64,000 bases of DNA from Candidatus Aenigmatarchaeota archaeon (GCA_038733315.1 JAVYPJ010000001.1:71863-135862), one strand, 5' to 3'; counted from the first letter of the stretch, positions 20,362-30,480 are shown. The notes: generated from the letters alone by a model not told the origin. Numbers and translations are program-made.

Positions 20362-20769
20362 ATGATACTTGGCTATTCAATAACATATATAAATGCGGAA
20401 AAAATTGAAATAAAAGAAAATGTAAACAAACTAGATATAAATACTTCGCTAAGTATAAAAAACGTTCAGGAAATGAAAATTCAGCAAGAAAAAAAACAGC
20501 AAAAAGTTTTAAAGGTTGATTTTGAGTTTTTAGTTAACTACAATCCAAAAATTGCTGATATTAGAATTGAAGGCTATTTAATTTATTCTGGTAAAGATGT
20601 TGATGAAATATTAGAGAAATGGCAAAAAGATAAAAAAATTGAGAATAAAGATTTTGAAATAGAAACTAAAAACTTTATACTTAGAAGGGGTTTAATATTA
20701 TCTACTTTTCTAAGTGAGTATTTAGCTGTTCATCCTCCAATACCAATGCCACAAATAGTTCCTAAGTAA
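20362..20769 (+). CDS. Conserved archaeal hypothetical protein
   Basis: Clean ORF in operon context; F.VNY.P.IA.I.IEG and C-terminal PPIPMP pattern. Confidence 0.6.
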   Translation: MILGYSITYINAEKIEIKENVNKLDINTSLSIKNVQEMKIQQEKKQQKVLKVDFEFLVNYNPKIADIRIEGYLIYSGKDVDEILEKWQKDKKIENKDFEIETKNFILRRGLILSTFLSEYLAVHPPIPMPQIVPK

Positions 20770-21236
20770 TGAATCTGGAATTTTTGATAGAAACCTTTTC
20801 ATACTTTGGTTTTTTTCTTTCTGGTCTAATAAGCTCTTCAACTATTTTTTTTCCAGTGCCAATTTATTTTGTAATAGCTTTTGCAGATAAATTTGGTTTT
20901 AATCCTATAATAGTTGCTTTTTTAACTGCCTTAGGAGCTTCTATTGGAGAGATTACCTCTTATTTAGTTGGAGCTGGAACATCGTTTTATGCTTGGAAAA
21001 AAATTAGAAAAAGTAAAAATTATAAGATTGCTGTTAACTTTTTCAAAAAATATGGTGGACTTGCAATAATATTATTTGCAATAACTCCTTTACCTTTTGA
21101 TGTTATAGGTATTCTCTGTGGATTTCTAAGATATGATATTAAAAAATTTCTGATAATAACTTTTATAGGAAAGTTAATACAGATGTTTATTATAATTTTA
21201 TTGGGAGAGGTTGCAATCAATTACTTAGGATGGTAA
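20769..21236 (+). CDS. DedA/VTT-family membrane protein
   Basis: FFPVP, GASIGEITSYLVG, TPLPFD...G. Confidence 0.85.
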   Translation: MNLEFLIETFSYFGFFLSGLISSSTIFFPVPIYFVIAFADKFGFNPIIVAFLTALGASIGEITSYLVGAGTSFYAWKKIRKSKNYKIAVNFFKKYGGLAIILFAITPLPFDVIGILCGFLRYDIKKFLIITFIGKLIQMFIIILLGEVAINYLGW

Positions 21237-21580
21237 GAGAAATTAAACAAGTTATTGTTATAAGAAATGACTTAGAAATGGGTAAAGGAAAAATGGTTGC
21301 TCAAGCATGTCATGCAAGCATAGAGGCATATAAAAAAGCTCCTCTCTATTTTAAAATTCTTTGGAAATTTTTTGGAAATAAAAAAGTTGTTCTTAAAGTT
21401 AATAGCTTAGATGAGTTAATAGAAGTTTTTAAAAAAACAAAAGAAATGAAACTACCATATGCGTTAATTAGAGATGCTGGAAAAACTCAGCTAAAGGAAG
21501 GAACAATTACTTGCATTGCAATTGGCCCCTACTACTCAGAAAAGATTGATAAAGTTACTGGAAATTTAAAATTATTATGA
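21230..21580 (+). CDS. pth2: Peptidyl-tRNA hydrolase Pth2
   Basis: KQVIVIRNDL.MGKGK..AQACHA; DAGKTQ; IGP. Confidence 0.95.
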   Translation: MVREIKQVIVIRNDLEMGKGKMVAQACHASIEAYKKAPLYFKILWKFFGNKKVVLKVNSLDELIEVFKKTKEMKLPYALIRDAGKTQLKEGTITCIAIGPYYSEKIDKVTGNLKLL

Positions 21581-21696
21581 GGAGAAAATCAAAAAGAAAG
21601 ATTAAAAAAGAGTTGGAAGAGTTTGCACTTAAAGAGTTTTATAGGATTATAAAGAGGATTAGAAAGAATGAAAAGAAATTAAAATATATTGGTTAA
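21577..21696 (+). CDS. Unannotated 39-aa basic micro-protein MRRKSKRKIKKELEEFALKEFYRIIKRIRKNEKKLKYIG
   Basis: ATGA overlap with the pth2 stop; fills the gap to cdc48; purine-rich coding-like bias. Confidence 0.6.
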   Translation: MRRKSKRKIKKELEEFALKEFYRIIKRIRKNEKKLKYIG

Positions 21697-21700
21697 GAGT

Positions 21701-23989
21701 TTAACCGATATATCTTTCTGTTTTTCTTTCTGTCTCCATTACTCTCTTCTTTAACCTTTCTTCAAATCTCTTGTAAAACTCTACCATTTCCTTAGTAATA
21801 GAAGGTTTAACAATTTCTAATGCTTTTTCAAAATGAATTGTTTTAACTACCATTTTCTCTGGCTCTATCTTTTTATCCATAAATTCTCTTAAAGCCATTA
21901 TTGCAGCCTCTTTACATATAGCTTCCAGATCTGCTCCTGTATATCCTTCGGTTTTTTCAGCTATTTTTTCTAAGTTTACATCCTTATCTAATGGCATGTT
22001 TCTTGTGTGGATTTTTAGAATTTCTAATCTAGCTTTGACATCTGGTGGAGGCACAAAAATTAGTCTGTCAAATCTTCCTGGTCTTAATAATGCGGGATCT
22101 AATATATCTGGCCTATTAGTTGCTGCTATAACAACTACATTTTTCAAATCTTTTATTCCACTCATTTCTGTTAATAATTGTGCTACTACATTTTCAGTTA
22201 CTCTTGTTCCAACTTCTAAACCTCTTATTGGCGCAACTGCATCTATTTCATCTATAAAAATTACGCTTGGTGCAACCTCTCTCGCTCTTCTAAATATTTC
22301 CCTTATTGCTCTTTCGCTTTCTCCAACCCATTTACTAAATATTTCAGGTCCTTTAATCGCAATAAAATTTGCTCCACTTTCGTTTGCAACTGCCTTAGCT
22401 AATAATGTTTTTCCTGTTCCTGGTGGGCCATATAGTAATACTCCTTTTGGTGGTTCTATTCCTAATCTTTCGAAATATTTCGGATGTTTTAATGGCCACT
22501 CAACAATTTCTCTTAATTTTTGTTTTACCTCTTCTAAACCACCAATATCTTCCCATTTAACATTTGGAACTTCTACAAAAACCTCTCTCATTGCACTTGG
22601 TTGAACAATCCTTAATGCATGCTCAAAATCTTCTTTTTTAACTACTAACTTTTCTAAAACTTCTTTTGGAATTTCTCCCTCTTTATAATTCTGAATTTCT
22701 GGCAAAACTCTTCTTAATGCATGCATAGCTGCTTCTTTACATAAAGCTGCTAAATCTGCACCTACATATCCATAAGTTATTTCAGCTATTTTTTCTAAGT
22801 TTACATCCTTATCTAATGGCATGTTTCTTGTGTGGATTTTTAGAATTTCTAATCTTCCTTTAGCATCTGGTGGTGGAACTTCTATTTCTCTATCAAACCT
22901 TCCAGGCCTTCTTAATGCAGGGTCTAATGCATTTGGCCTATTTGTTGCTCCTATAACAATAACTTTTCCTCTACCTTTTAATCCATCCATTAATGCTAAT
23001 AATTGAGCTACTATTCTTTTTTCAACTTCCCCAACAACTTCTTCTCTTTTTGGAGCGACTGCATCTATTTCATCTATAAAAATTATGCTTGGAGCACTCT
23101 TTTCTGCTTCTTCAAAAATTTCTCTTAACCTTTTTTCACTTTCTCCAAACCATTTACTCATTATTTCTGGACCATTAATCGCAATAAAATTTGCTCCACT
23201 TTCGTTTGCAACTGCCTTAGCTAATAATGTTTTTCCTGTTCCTGGTGGGCCATATAGTAATACTCCTTTTGGTGGTTCTATTCCTAATCTTTCGAAAATT
23301 TCTGGATGTGTTAAAGGTAGCTCAACAATTTCTCTTAATTTTTGTTTTACTTCTTCTAAATCTCCAATGTCTTCCCAGGTTATTCTTGGTATTCCTTTTT
23401 CTTCTACTTCAATAGTTTTTGGCCTTTCCTTTAAAACATCTATTACTGTTTCTTCTCCAACAACAACAATTCCGCTTGGGTCTGTATTAACTACGTAAAA
23501 AGTTATTTGGGGAAAAGGGCTAAAAAATAGAAAGTCCTCTACTTCTTCTCCAAAGATTGAAGATAGAAAATCGTCTCTCCTTTTATATATAGGGGAAGGT
23601 ACTACAAAATCTCCTTTAACTAAGGGTCTTTTTAATAAACTCTGCTTTAAATAAGAAATGCTAGCTGTAAACATTTTTTCTTCAGCTGGGGCTAAAACTA
23701 TTTTTTTAGCGATTTTGTATTCTGCTTTTCTTACTTTTACACTTTCTCCAACAGAAACCTTAGCGTTTCTTCTTGTAATTCCATCCATTCTTATTATGTT
23801 TAAACCTATATCTGCAGGATAAGCTCTTAAAGCAATAGCAGCTGTCTTTCTTTTTCCTTCTATTTCAACTATCTCCCCTTCTCTAACTCCTATTTTTAAT
23901 AAATTGCTTGAATCAATTCTAACAATTCCTTTATAAGATTCTTCTTTTGCAGTTAATTCTCCCACTCTTAACATAAGCTCTTCTGGCAT
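21701..23989 (-). CDS. cdc48: Cdc48/VCP AAA+ ATPase
   Basis: N-domain plus two AAA modules ([21 protein letters not shown]). Confidence 0.97.
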   Translation of the reverse strand: MPEELMLRVGELTAKEESYKGIVRIDSSNLLKIGVREGEIVEIEGKRKTAAIALRAYPADIGLNIIRMDGITRRNAKVSVGESVKVRKAEYKIAKKIVLAPAEEKMFTASISYLKQSLLKRPLVKGDFVVPSPIYKRRDDFLSSIFGEEVEDFLFFSPFPQITFYVVNTDPSGIVVVGEETVIDVLKERPKTIEVEEKGIPRITWEDIGDLEEVKQKLREIVELPLTHPEIFERLGIEPPKGVLLYGPPGTGKTLLAKAVANESGANFIAINGPEIMSKWFGESEKRLREIFEEAEKSAPSIIFIDEIDAVAPKREEVVGEVEKRIVAQLLALMDGLKGRGKVIVIGATNRPNALDPALRRPGRFDREIEVPPPDAKGRLEILKIHTRNMPLDKDVNLEKIAEITYGYVGADLAALCKEAAMHALRRVLPEIQNYKEGEIPKEVLEKLVVKKEDFEHALRIVQPSAMREVFVEVPNVKWEDIGGLEEVKQKLREIVEWPLKHPKYFERLGIEPPKGVLLYGPPGTGKTLLAKAVANESGANFIAIKGPEIFSKWVGESERAIREIFRRAREVAPSVIFIDEIDAVAPIRGLEVGTRVTENVVAQLLTEMSGIKDLKNVVVIAATNRPDILDPALLRPGRFDRLIFVPPPDVKARLEILKIHTRNMPLDKDVNLEKIAEKTEGYTGADLEAICKEAAIMALREFMDKKIEPEKMVVKTIHFEKALEIVKPSITKEMVEFYKRFEERLKKRVMETERKTERYIG
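21955..22030. repeat. 76-bp exact repeat within cdc48 (other copy 22780-22855)
   Basis: Identical DNA encoding [25 protein letters not shown]. Confidence 0.9.
22353..22475. repeat. 123-bp exact repeat within cdc48 (other copy 23175-23297)
   Basis: Identical DNA over the Walker A regions of D1 and D2. Confidence 0.92.
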
Positions 23990-24041
23990 AATATTTTAGA
24001 GTTTAAGTTTTTATTTAATAATTAATTGCATTTAATAACCC

Positions 24042-25959
24042 CTAAACTTCAATATTTACACTTTTTATTCCAACTAATAATCCGGGACATACGTCTAAAC
24101 AATAAACTTCTATTTTTTTAATTTTCCCCTTAGGTAAATCTTTTAAAGGAATTTCTAAAAAATCTCCAAGCTTAAAAGTTTCATTCAGATTTATATTTCT
24201 TGTTTCTGTTTTGTTATCTTCGTATATTAATTTTAACTGTAATTTTTTACCTAAATCAATACCTAAATTTATTATAGTTAGTTTTATTATTGGAGAGGTT
24301 TCTTCGGTCTGTAGGGAAATTGTTGGTTCTGGAGATGAATATTTAAATGGTAATACTATGCTAATACTTTCAGATGTATAATATCCTCTTTCAAAAACTA
24401 AAATCGGTTTATTTGATGCTATCCTTATTAATCCCCAAGATGTTGTTACAGAATATTCTAATTGCTGTCCTTTATTTATAGCAACATTCGTATATGTTAT
24501 AGCACCCGAAATATTAAATACTGTATTATCTTCAGTTCCAATAATTCTTACATATCTTGAACCCCTACCAACTCTAAAAACAAAATATGTTCCCGCTCCT
24601 TTTCCATTTATACTTGGAATTTGTTCAGAACCATAATTATAATAATTGCCCTCTGTATAAACTAATACAGGCTTATTTGCAACAACCTTCATTCTAACAT
24701 ACTCTGGAGCATTACTTGAAAAACTTGTTATCTGTTGTGTTCTTATATAATCTCCTTCATTTGCTAAAATTCCTGACCAATCTCCTGTAGTTCCTTCCAA
24801 ATTATCTATAATTACATTTGTATTAGGATATAAAGCTGAAACTATTGTATAGCCATGAGAATAAAAGTAATAAATTTGAGTTCCATTTGGATAAGTTCTT
24901 CCATATATAATTGTGTAAATACTATCATCTTCTAAACCAAATTGAGCTGTTACATCATATGTTGCATTTATATAATAAAATCCAGGTGTTAAACTCCCAG
25001 AATACCAGCATTGACCTTCATTTAATGTTCCACTATATACATCTTGTAAATTAGAATTTTGTACTCTAACAAAATTATTATTATCATAGCTACAAATCCA
25101 TAAATGTCTTGGAACTCTAATCCATATTTTGTTTCCATAAATACTTGTTACATCATCATCTGAATCATGATCTGGTCCTATATCATCATAAGTTAAAGAA
25201 ATTGGTTTTGTTGATTTTATATAATAAGGATAATCTGAATTACAAGTATATGATGTAGATTGGAATTTATTTAAAGCTATTGTTTGAACTAATTGCCAAG
25301 TATCACTTCTATATATTGTTATAGTATTTCCATCTTCGTAAGAAACTATTCTAAATGCTGTTCCATTTCCAGTACTAACATTCAAACATGTAGAATAAAA
25401 CTCTGTTCCAATATAATTTGGAGTAATTAAGGAAAAATCTTGTTGAGAGTTAGCATTAGGATTTCCATAATACAAATAAATTATTTTTTGAGAATTAGCA
25501 GGAATGTTTGGTACTTTTACCCAAATTCTCGTATTATTTGTATTACAAGTATTTGGCTCTATCCAATAATTTAGTAAAGTAATTCCATCACTATCTGTAA
25601 ATCTAATATCTCCACAATCACTTCTCATTTTTCCTTGAGAAATCAATTCTTGAGTATTTATTGTTACTAAAATTTGATAATCTTCTAAATTCTCTGAATT
25701 CTGAGTATTATTTATTATTATAGGAATTCTATATTTAAAATCTTTATTAGCATTAAAATCTATTCTTGCCTTTGAACATTCTATAATTGATTTTATTGGA
25801 GAGGTTTCTTCAGTTTTTGTTTCTAAATAAGAAACGTAGCCAGAAAAATAAAGATATAATGTAACTCCAATTCCTATTGTTAAAGCAACTAAAATAACTG
25901 TAGCTACATATACGGAAATTAATTTTTTTAAGCTCGAATTTTTATATATATATATTCAT
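24042..25959 (-). CDS. Type IV pilin-like protein with an inserted DUF2341-like plus IgGFc-binding-N-like cassette; ATG out of frame
   Basis: Frame is open from 25955 to 24042 and encodes KKLISVYVATVILVALTIGIG..., a DUF2341-like head, a passenger and a pilin-like C-terminus; nearest ATG (25959-25957) is shifted by (AT)6. Confidence 0.8.
24288..24305. repeat. 18-bp direct repeat TATTGGAGAGGTTTCTTC (other copy 25794-25811)
   Basis: Both copies encode EETSPI; 1506 bp apart, in frame. Confidence 0.85.
25944..25955. repeat. (AT)6 microsatellite just after the ATG; candidate phase-variation switch
   Basis: Minus strand reads ATG A (AT)6 AAAAATTCG; n=4 or n=7 restores the frame. Confidence 0.75.
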
Positions 25960-26023
25960 GTTTAATTTCATGTAATTTAATTTTACCGAAACTCATAAAA
26001 ATAAAAATTATTTTATTTTTTAT

Positions 26024-27781
26024 TTATTTTGATAAGCTATTTACTAAAATATTGCCAATATCTTTTTCATATTCTTTAATTTTCTTTAAAACACCCGATA
26101 AAAAACTTTTAGCTTCATTTAAAACATTTTCCAAAGAATTTTTTCCCTCTATTATTTCATCTGTCTTCTTTTCAAATTCCCTTGTTAGCTTTTCGCTCAA
26201 AATTTCTGGACAGTATTTAAGGAAAGTTTCTACAACAGCTTTTCCTAAGCTTGTGATTTTCATTTTATCGTTAACTATATAGCCCCTATCATACAAAGTC
26301 TTAACTATTTCAGCCCTAGTAGTTTTAGTCCCTAAGTTCCTTGCCTCTAATTCTTTTATTAAGCTTGCTCTAGTATATCTTGCAGGAGGTTTAGTCTTTT
26401 CTTCAATCAATTTTAAATCCTTTACCGAAATTTCTTCAGATAAACTTAACTTAGGTAATAAATCTTCTTGAAGATTCAAAAATTTTTTATAAATTTTTAT
26501 CCAGTTTTCTTTTACTGTCTGATGAAAAACATTTTGAAAAAAGAAGTTATCAATCTTTGCAACTATTTTAATACTTTTTCTTATCGCTGGCTTATGTAAA
26601 CAAACTAAAAACCTTCTAACTATTAAATCATAGAGTAAAACCTCTTGTTTTGATAATTCTTTATATTTTGGTATTTCATCTGTAGGAATTATTGCAGGAT
26701 GTGCAGGATCTTCTTTTTTTCCTTCAGTAACTTCAATTTTATCGAACGATAAAATTTCTTTAACTAAATAACTATAAAATGGGATTTCGCTAAGAGAATT
26801 TAAAATTGGGAAAATGTTTATTCCTTTTAGTTTTTGAGAAGAAGATCTGGGATAAGAAATATATCCTTTTAAATATAAGCTTTCTGCAATTTTTAAAGTA
26901 TATTCTGGCTTAAAGCCAAAAGCATAATAAGCTTCTTCTTGTAAATCTGTAGTGTTAAATGGTGGTAAGGGATTTAATTTATATTCTTCTTCTTTAATCT
27001 GAATTAATCTACATTTTTTACCTTTACACTTTTCAAATATTTCTTTTGCCTTATTTAAATCCTTAATTTTTTCTTCTATATAAAAAACGAAAAATTCTAT
27101 TCCATCTTTTTCAAGAATTGCCTTAATTTTATAATATTTTTCTGGTTTAAAATTTTCAATTTCCTTTTCCCTTAAATAAACTAAATATAAAGCTGGTCCT
27201 TGAACTCTACCTATTGATAAAATTTTTTTCTCATTCGAAACTCTTCTTAAACTAATCATTAAAGCTCTTGACAAATTAATCCCCCAATACCAATCTAAAT
27301 AATGCCTTGCTAATCCCGCATTTACTTGATTAATTTCAAATTCAATAAGATTATTAAAAGATTTTATTAACTCATTTTTTGCTAAGGTGCTAAACTTCAT
27401 TCTTTTTATTTCTTTATCTAAGCCTATTAAATATCTTATTATATTCCATGCAATTACATATCCTTCAATATCGTAATCAGTTGCTACAATAACTTTATTT
27501 ACATCTTTTGCCAAATTTTTTATTAATTTTGCAAATTTTTCTGCTTTATTATCAACTATTTCCCAATCTGCATTAAAAATTGGATAATCGAAAAAATTGT
27601 TTTGGGGTTCTAATTTATATAAATGACCTAATGCAGAAACAACATAATAAACTTTGTTATTATAATAAGAAACAAAATAAGGAACTTTGTTAGAAAAAAT
27701 AATTTTACACTTAGGAAATAAACTGTATGCAATTTTCTTCATAGCTGTAGGTTTTTCAGCTAATATTAGAATTTTCTCCAT
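26024..27781 (-). CDS. topA: Type IA DNA topoisomerase
   Basis: AEKP, ATDYDIEG, SIGRVQGP, ISYPR, AHPAIIPT, LGTKTTR. Confidence 0.95.
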   Translation of the reverse strand: MEKILILAEKPTAMKKIAYSLFPKCKIIFSNKVPYFVSYYNNKVYYVVSALGHLYKLEPQNNFFDYPIFNADWEIVDNKAEKFAKLIKNLAKDVNKVIVATDYDIEGYVIAWNIIRYLIGLDKEIKRMKFSTLAKNELIKSFNNLIEFEINQVNAGLARHYLDWYWGINLSRALMISLRRVSNEKKILSIGRVQGPALYLVYLREKEIENFKPEKYYKIKAILEKDGIEFFVFYIEEKIKDLNKAKEIFEKCKGKKCRLIQIKEEEYKLNPLPPFNTTDLQEEAYYAFGFKPEYTLKIAESLYLKGYISYPRSSSQKLKGINIFPILNSLSEIPFYSYLVKEILSFDKIEVTEGKKEDPAHPAIIPTDEIPKYKELSKQEVLLYDLIVRRFLVCLHKPAIRKSIKIVAKIDNFFFQNVFHQTVKENWIKIYKKFLNLQEDLLPKLSLSEEISVKDLKLIEEKTKPPARYTRASLIKELEARNLGTKTTRAEIVKTLYDRGYIVNDKMKITSLGKAVVETFLKYCPEILSEKLTREFEKKTDEIIEGKNSLENVLNEAKSFLSGVLKKIKEYEKDIGNILVNSLSK

Positions 27782-27806
27782 ATTTTTAAATCGAATAAAA
27801 TATTTT

Positions 27807-29975
27807 ATGTATGTTATCGGAATTACACCTGGCGCTTATCAAATTGCTAGAGCTGCTGGAGCTGAAGCTGCAAGAGAATTTGCGGGAATAGAAGAAAAAT
27901 TAAGATATGGATATACTGTTGGATGCAATTTTTTTCAAATAGATCAAGAAGTTTTTGGAGAATTTGTAGAACCAAATTTAATAAAAAGAATTTCTAGATT
28001 AATTCAAGAAATGAATATTCAATGGGCATTGCATGGATTAATAATTGGAGAAATATATCAAACCTTAGAATCCATGAATTTTATTCTTTGGAAACTTTCT
28101 CATTTAATTCTAAACAGAGATTTAATTTTTTTGTACGAAATTTTGCAAGAAATAAAAAGAAATAATTATTCAAAAGAAGTTTTTCCGCACTATACAATTT
28201 ATCATGCAAGTAGAGAATTAGTTGTTGGTTATGCGCTATTTAGAGAAAGAGAAATAATATCCGAAGTTTTAACTATAAATCCTGAAGGAAATACAAATTG
28301 GGACGAATTCTTAGAAAAAAGAAAAAAATTAAAAGAATGGTTTTTAGAGAATGTTTTTGAAATATTGTTTAGAAGAGAGATTCTAAAAAGATTTGCCGGC
28401 TTTATTCCTTCTCCACTATTATTTGCACTAGCTAATTCATTATACATTCTTTTTAAAGACGATAAAATATCTGAAGATGATTTAAGAAAAATTTTAGAAG
28501 AAATAGAAGAAAATAAAAAAATTGTTGATGATATCATTAACTCTTTTAAAAATTTAAAAAATAATAAAATAGAACTAATAGATGAAAACATAATAAGAAT
28601 TGAAGCTAGTTTATCTAATTTTTTAAGAAACGTTTATCCAAAAGTTAAAAAGATTTATGAAAAGGTAGAAAATTTTTTTAAAGAAAAAAATTTGGAAAAT
28701 GAATTTAAAAAAGCAAAATTAAAAAGTTTAGAAAATTCATATACTATATATAAGCAACAATATGAAAGAGGAATAGCAAAGGGTGCAATATTTTATGAAG
28801 ATATAGCTATGTTATTAGTATGTAAAGATGTTGAATTTGGATATTTAGAAGAAAACTATGAATCTTTCTTATCAAAAAAAACATGTGAATTTTTAATTAA
28901 AAGATTATTAGATAATAAAAAAATTGAAGAGCATGTAAAAGAAACTTATAAAAAATTAGATGGTAACTTCGAAAAAGAATTAATTGATATAGAAAAGGGA
29001 GAAATAAATTTAACTCCGGAATTAAATACCTTAGCTTCTATTGTTTATTCTATTTCTCATTTTTTAGTTAGCATAGAAAATTTCCCAGAAATTTTAGAAG
29101 AAACAAGAAGAAGAATTTATCATTTAAGTGAAGAAGAAAAAAAGAATATTGAAGAATTTGCAAAAAAGAAGCCGTATGAAAAGCTAAAAATATTAATAGA
29201 AGAATTGAGAAAAATAGGAATTAATAGAGAAGAGGCTTTTTTTATTGCAATAGAAACTCCAGAAGCATCTCCACCTTATGAAGGCTTAAGAAGAATATGT
29301 AAATTAAAAGATGTTTTTATTGCTAGTGAAGCTTTAAACTTAGAATTTCAAATTAGATGTAATACAAAAGAAAAAGCTTTTGCTGCTTGTATTGATACTG
29401 AGCATTTATTATCCAATGCGTTTAACGTAAATAGCGAAATAGAAGAATTAATTGGATATGTTGAAAAGTGGAAAAACGAAATTTATTCAAGAGTAGCAAT
29501 ATATCATATAGGAGTTCCAAAGCCATATTTTGGAACTACACACATACCTTTTGATATTGGAAGTGATGAGCAATATTTAATATACGAATATTCCTTTAAA
29601 CTAAAAAAAGCTGGATTTAACGATGAAAAGAAAAATGATTTAGAAAGATATAGCTATTTAATTTTTGAAAGGGGTGGCGGGCAATTACCTTTTCAGTTTT
29701 TAAGAACTGTATTATTAGCATTAAGAATTATTAAAAAATATTTAGATATGAATATAGAACCGAATGAAATAGAAAAAAATAAAGAATATTATTCGGAATT
29801 TTTTGGTTTTGATGAGCAATTCATAAAAGAAAGAGAAATAATTTTTCAACACGCTTTAGATCCATTAAAAGGTATGATAGTATGGCCAGAAGAGGCTCAT
29901 ACAATTTTAGGAAGAGAAGCGATCGAAAGATTTAGAAAAAGACCTGAAGAATGGGCTTCTGAAGAGTATAAATAA
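27807..29975 (+). CDS. Large xylose-isomerase/AP-endonuclease-2-like TIM-barrel protein with a long helical insertion
   Basis: ALHG, IYHAS, IAIETPE, CIDTEHL, IYHI..THIP, IFERG; ATG at 27807 avoids overlap with topA. Confidence 0.6.
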   Translation: MYVIGITPGAYQIARAAGAEAAREFAGIEEKLRYGYTVGCNFFQIDQEVFGEFVEPNLIKRISRLIQEMNIQWALHGLIIGEIYQTLESMNFILWKLSHLILNRDLIFLYEILQEIKRNNYSKEVFPHYTIYHASRELVVGYALFREREIISEVLTINPEGNTNWDEFLEKRKKLKEWFLENVFEILFRREILKRFAGFIPSPLLFALANSLYILFKDDKISEDDLRKILEEIEENKKIVDDIINSFKNLKNNKIELIDENIIRIEASLSNFLRNVYPKVKKIYEKVENFFKEKNLENEFKKAKLKSLENSYTIYKQQYERGIAKGAIFYEDIAMLLVCKDVEFGYLEENYESFLSKKTCEFLIKRLLDNKKIEEHVKETYKKLDGNFEKELIDIEKGEINLTPELNTLASIVYSISHFLVSIENFPEILEETRRRIYHLSEEEKKNIEEFAKKKPYEKLKILIEELRKIGINREEAFFIAIETPEASPPYEGLRRICKLKDVFIASEALNLEFQIRCNTKEKAFAACIDTEHLLSNAFNVNSEIEELIGYVEKWKNEIYSRVAIYHIGVPKPYFGTTHIPFDIGSDEQYLIYEYSFKLKKAGFNDEKKNDLERYSYLIFERGGGQLPFQFLRTVLLALRIIKKYLDMNIEPNEIEKNKEYYSEFFGFDEQFIKEREIIFQHALDPLKGMIVWPEEAHTILGREAIERFRKRPEEWASEEYK

Positions 29976-29990
29976 TAAAATATTTTTATA

Positions 29991-30079
29991 GGGCCGGTAG
30001 CTTAGTGGGAAAGCGCCGCCTTCGCATTCTAAGAGAAAGAAAAAGGCGGAGACCCCGGGTTCAAATCCCGGCCGGTCCA
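29991..30079 (+). tRNA. tRNA-Ala (CGC) with a 17-nt intron at 37/38 (30027-30043)
   Basis: Acceptor GGGCCGG/CCGGTCC+A with G3:U70; CCGCC-TTCGCA[intron]A-GGCGG; GTTCAAATC. Confidence 0.92.
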
Positions 30080-30136
30080 AAACCAATCCAAAAAACTATG
30101 TAAAAATATTAAAACGGAATATAAAAGATAATATCT

Positions 30137-30480
30137 TTACGGAACTATTATCTTTCCAAGAAATAGATAAATGATTGGGTTTGTAAATATTGACATAAAA
30201 ACCCCTATTAATATGGATTGCCTTTTAGGAATATTAAGAATTTTCTTACAAACTAAAAAAGTTGTAAAAAGAATTAAGGGAATTGATAACCAACAGCATA
30301 TTAAGTAACGCATTCTATCTTTTAAAAAAATATCCGGAAGATTAAACAAACAGATTCTTGATTTATTATCGTTAGCAAAAAAACTGCTATAATAAATCTC
30401 TTATTTATTATCTCCTTAACATTTTTATTAACAAAAATTTGTAAGAAAATTTATTAAAAACACTAAACTAAATTATATCT
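30137..30480 (-). pseudogene. Probable remnant of a small membrane-protein gene
   Basis: 70-aa hydrophobic ORF; hydrophobic coding-like stretches upstream are broken by stops and frame changes. Confidence 0.35.

Noticed and set aside
21996..23498. Plus-strand ORFs with repeated sequence inside cdc48
   Set aside because: Antisense shadows; their repeats mirror the D1/D2 repeats. The same applies to other antisense ORFs such as 38678-39322, 55536-55973 and 56453-56893.
27687..27806. N-terminal 40 aa of the 762-aa ORF
   Set aside because: Overlaps the topA start on the opposite strand; ATG at 27807 is more plausible.
29960..29990. TATA-like element implying leaderless tRNA transcription
   Set aside because: AT-rich background makes it non-diagnostic, and tRNA-Leu has no equivalent at the same distance.
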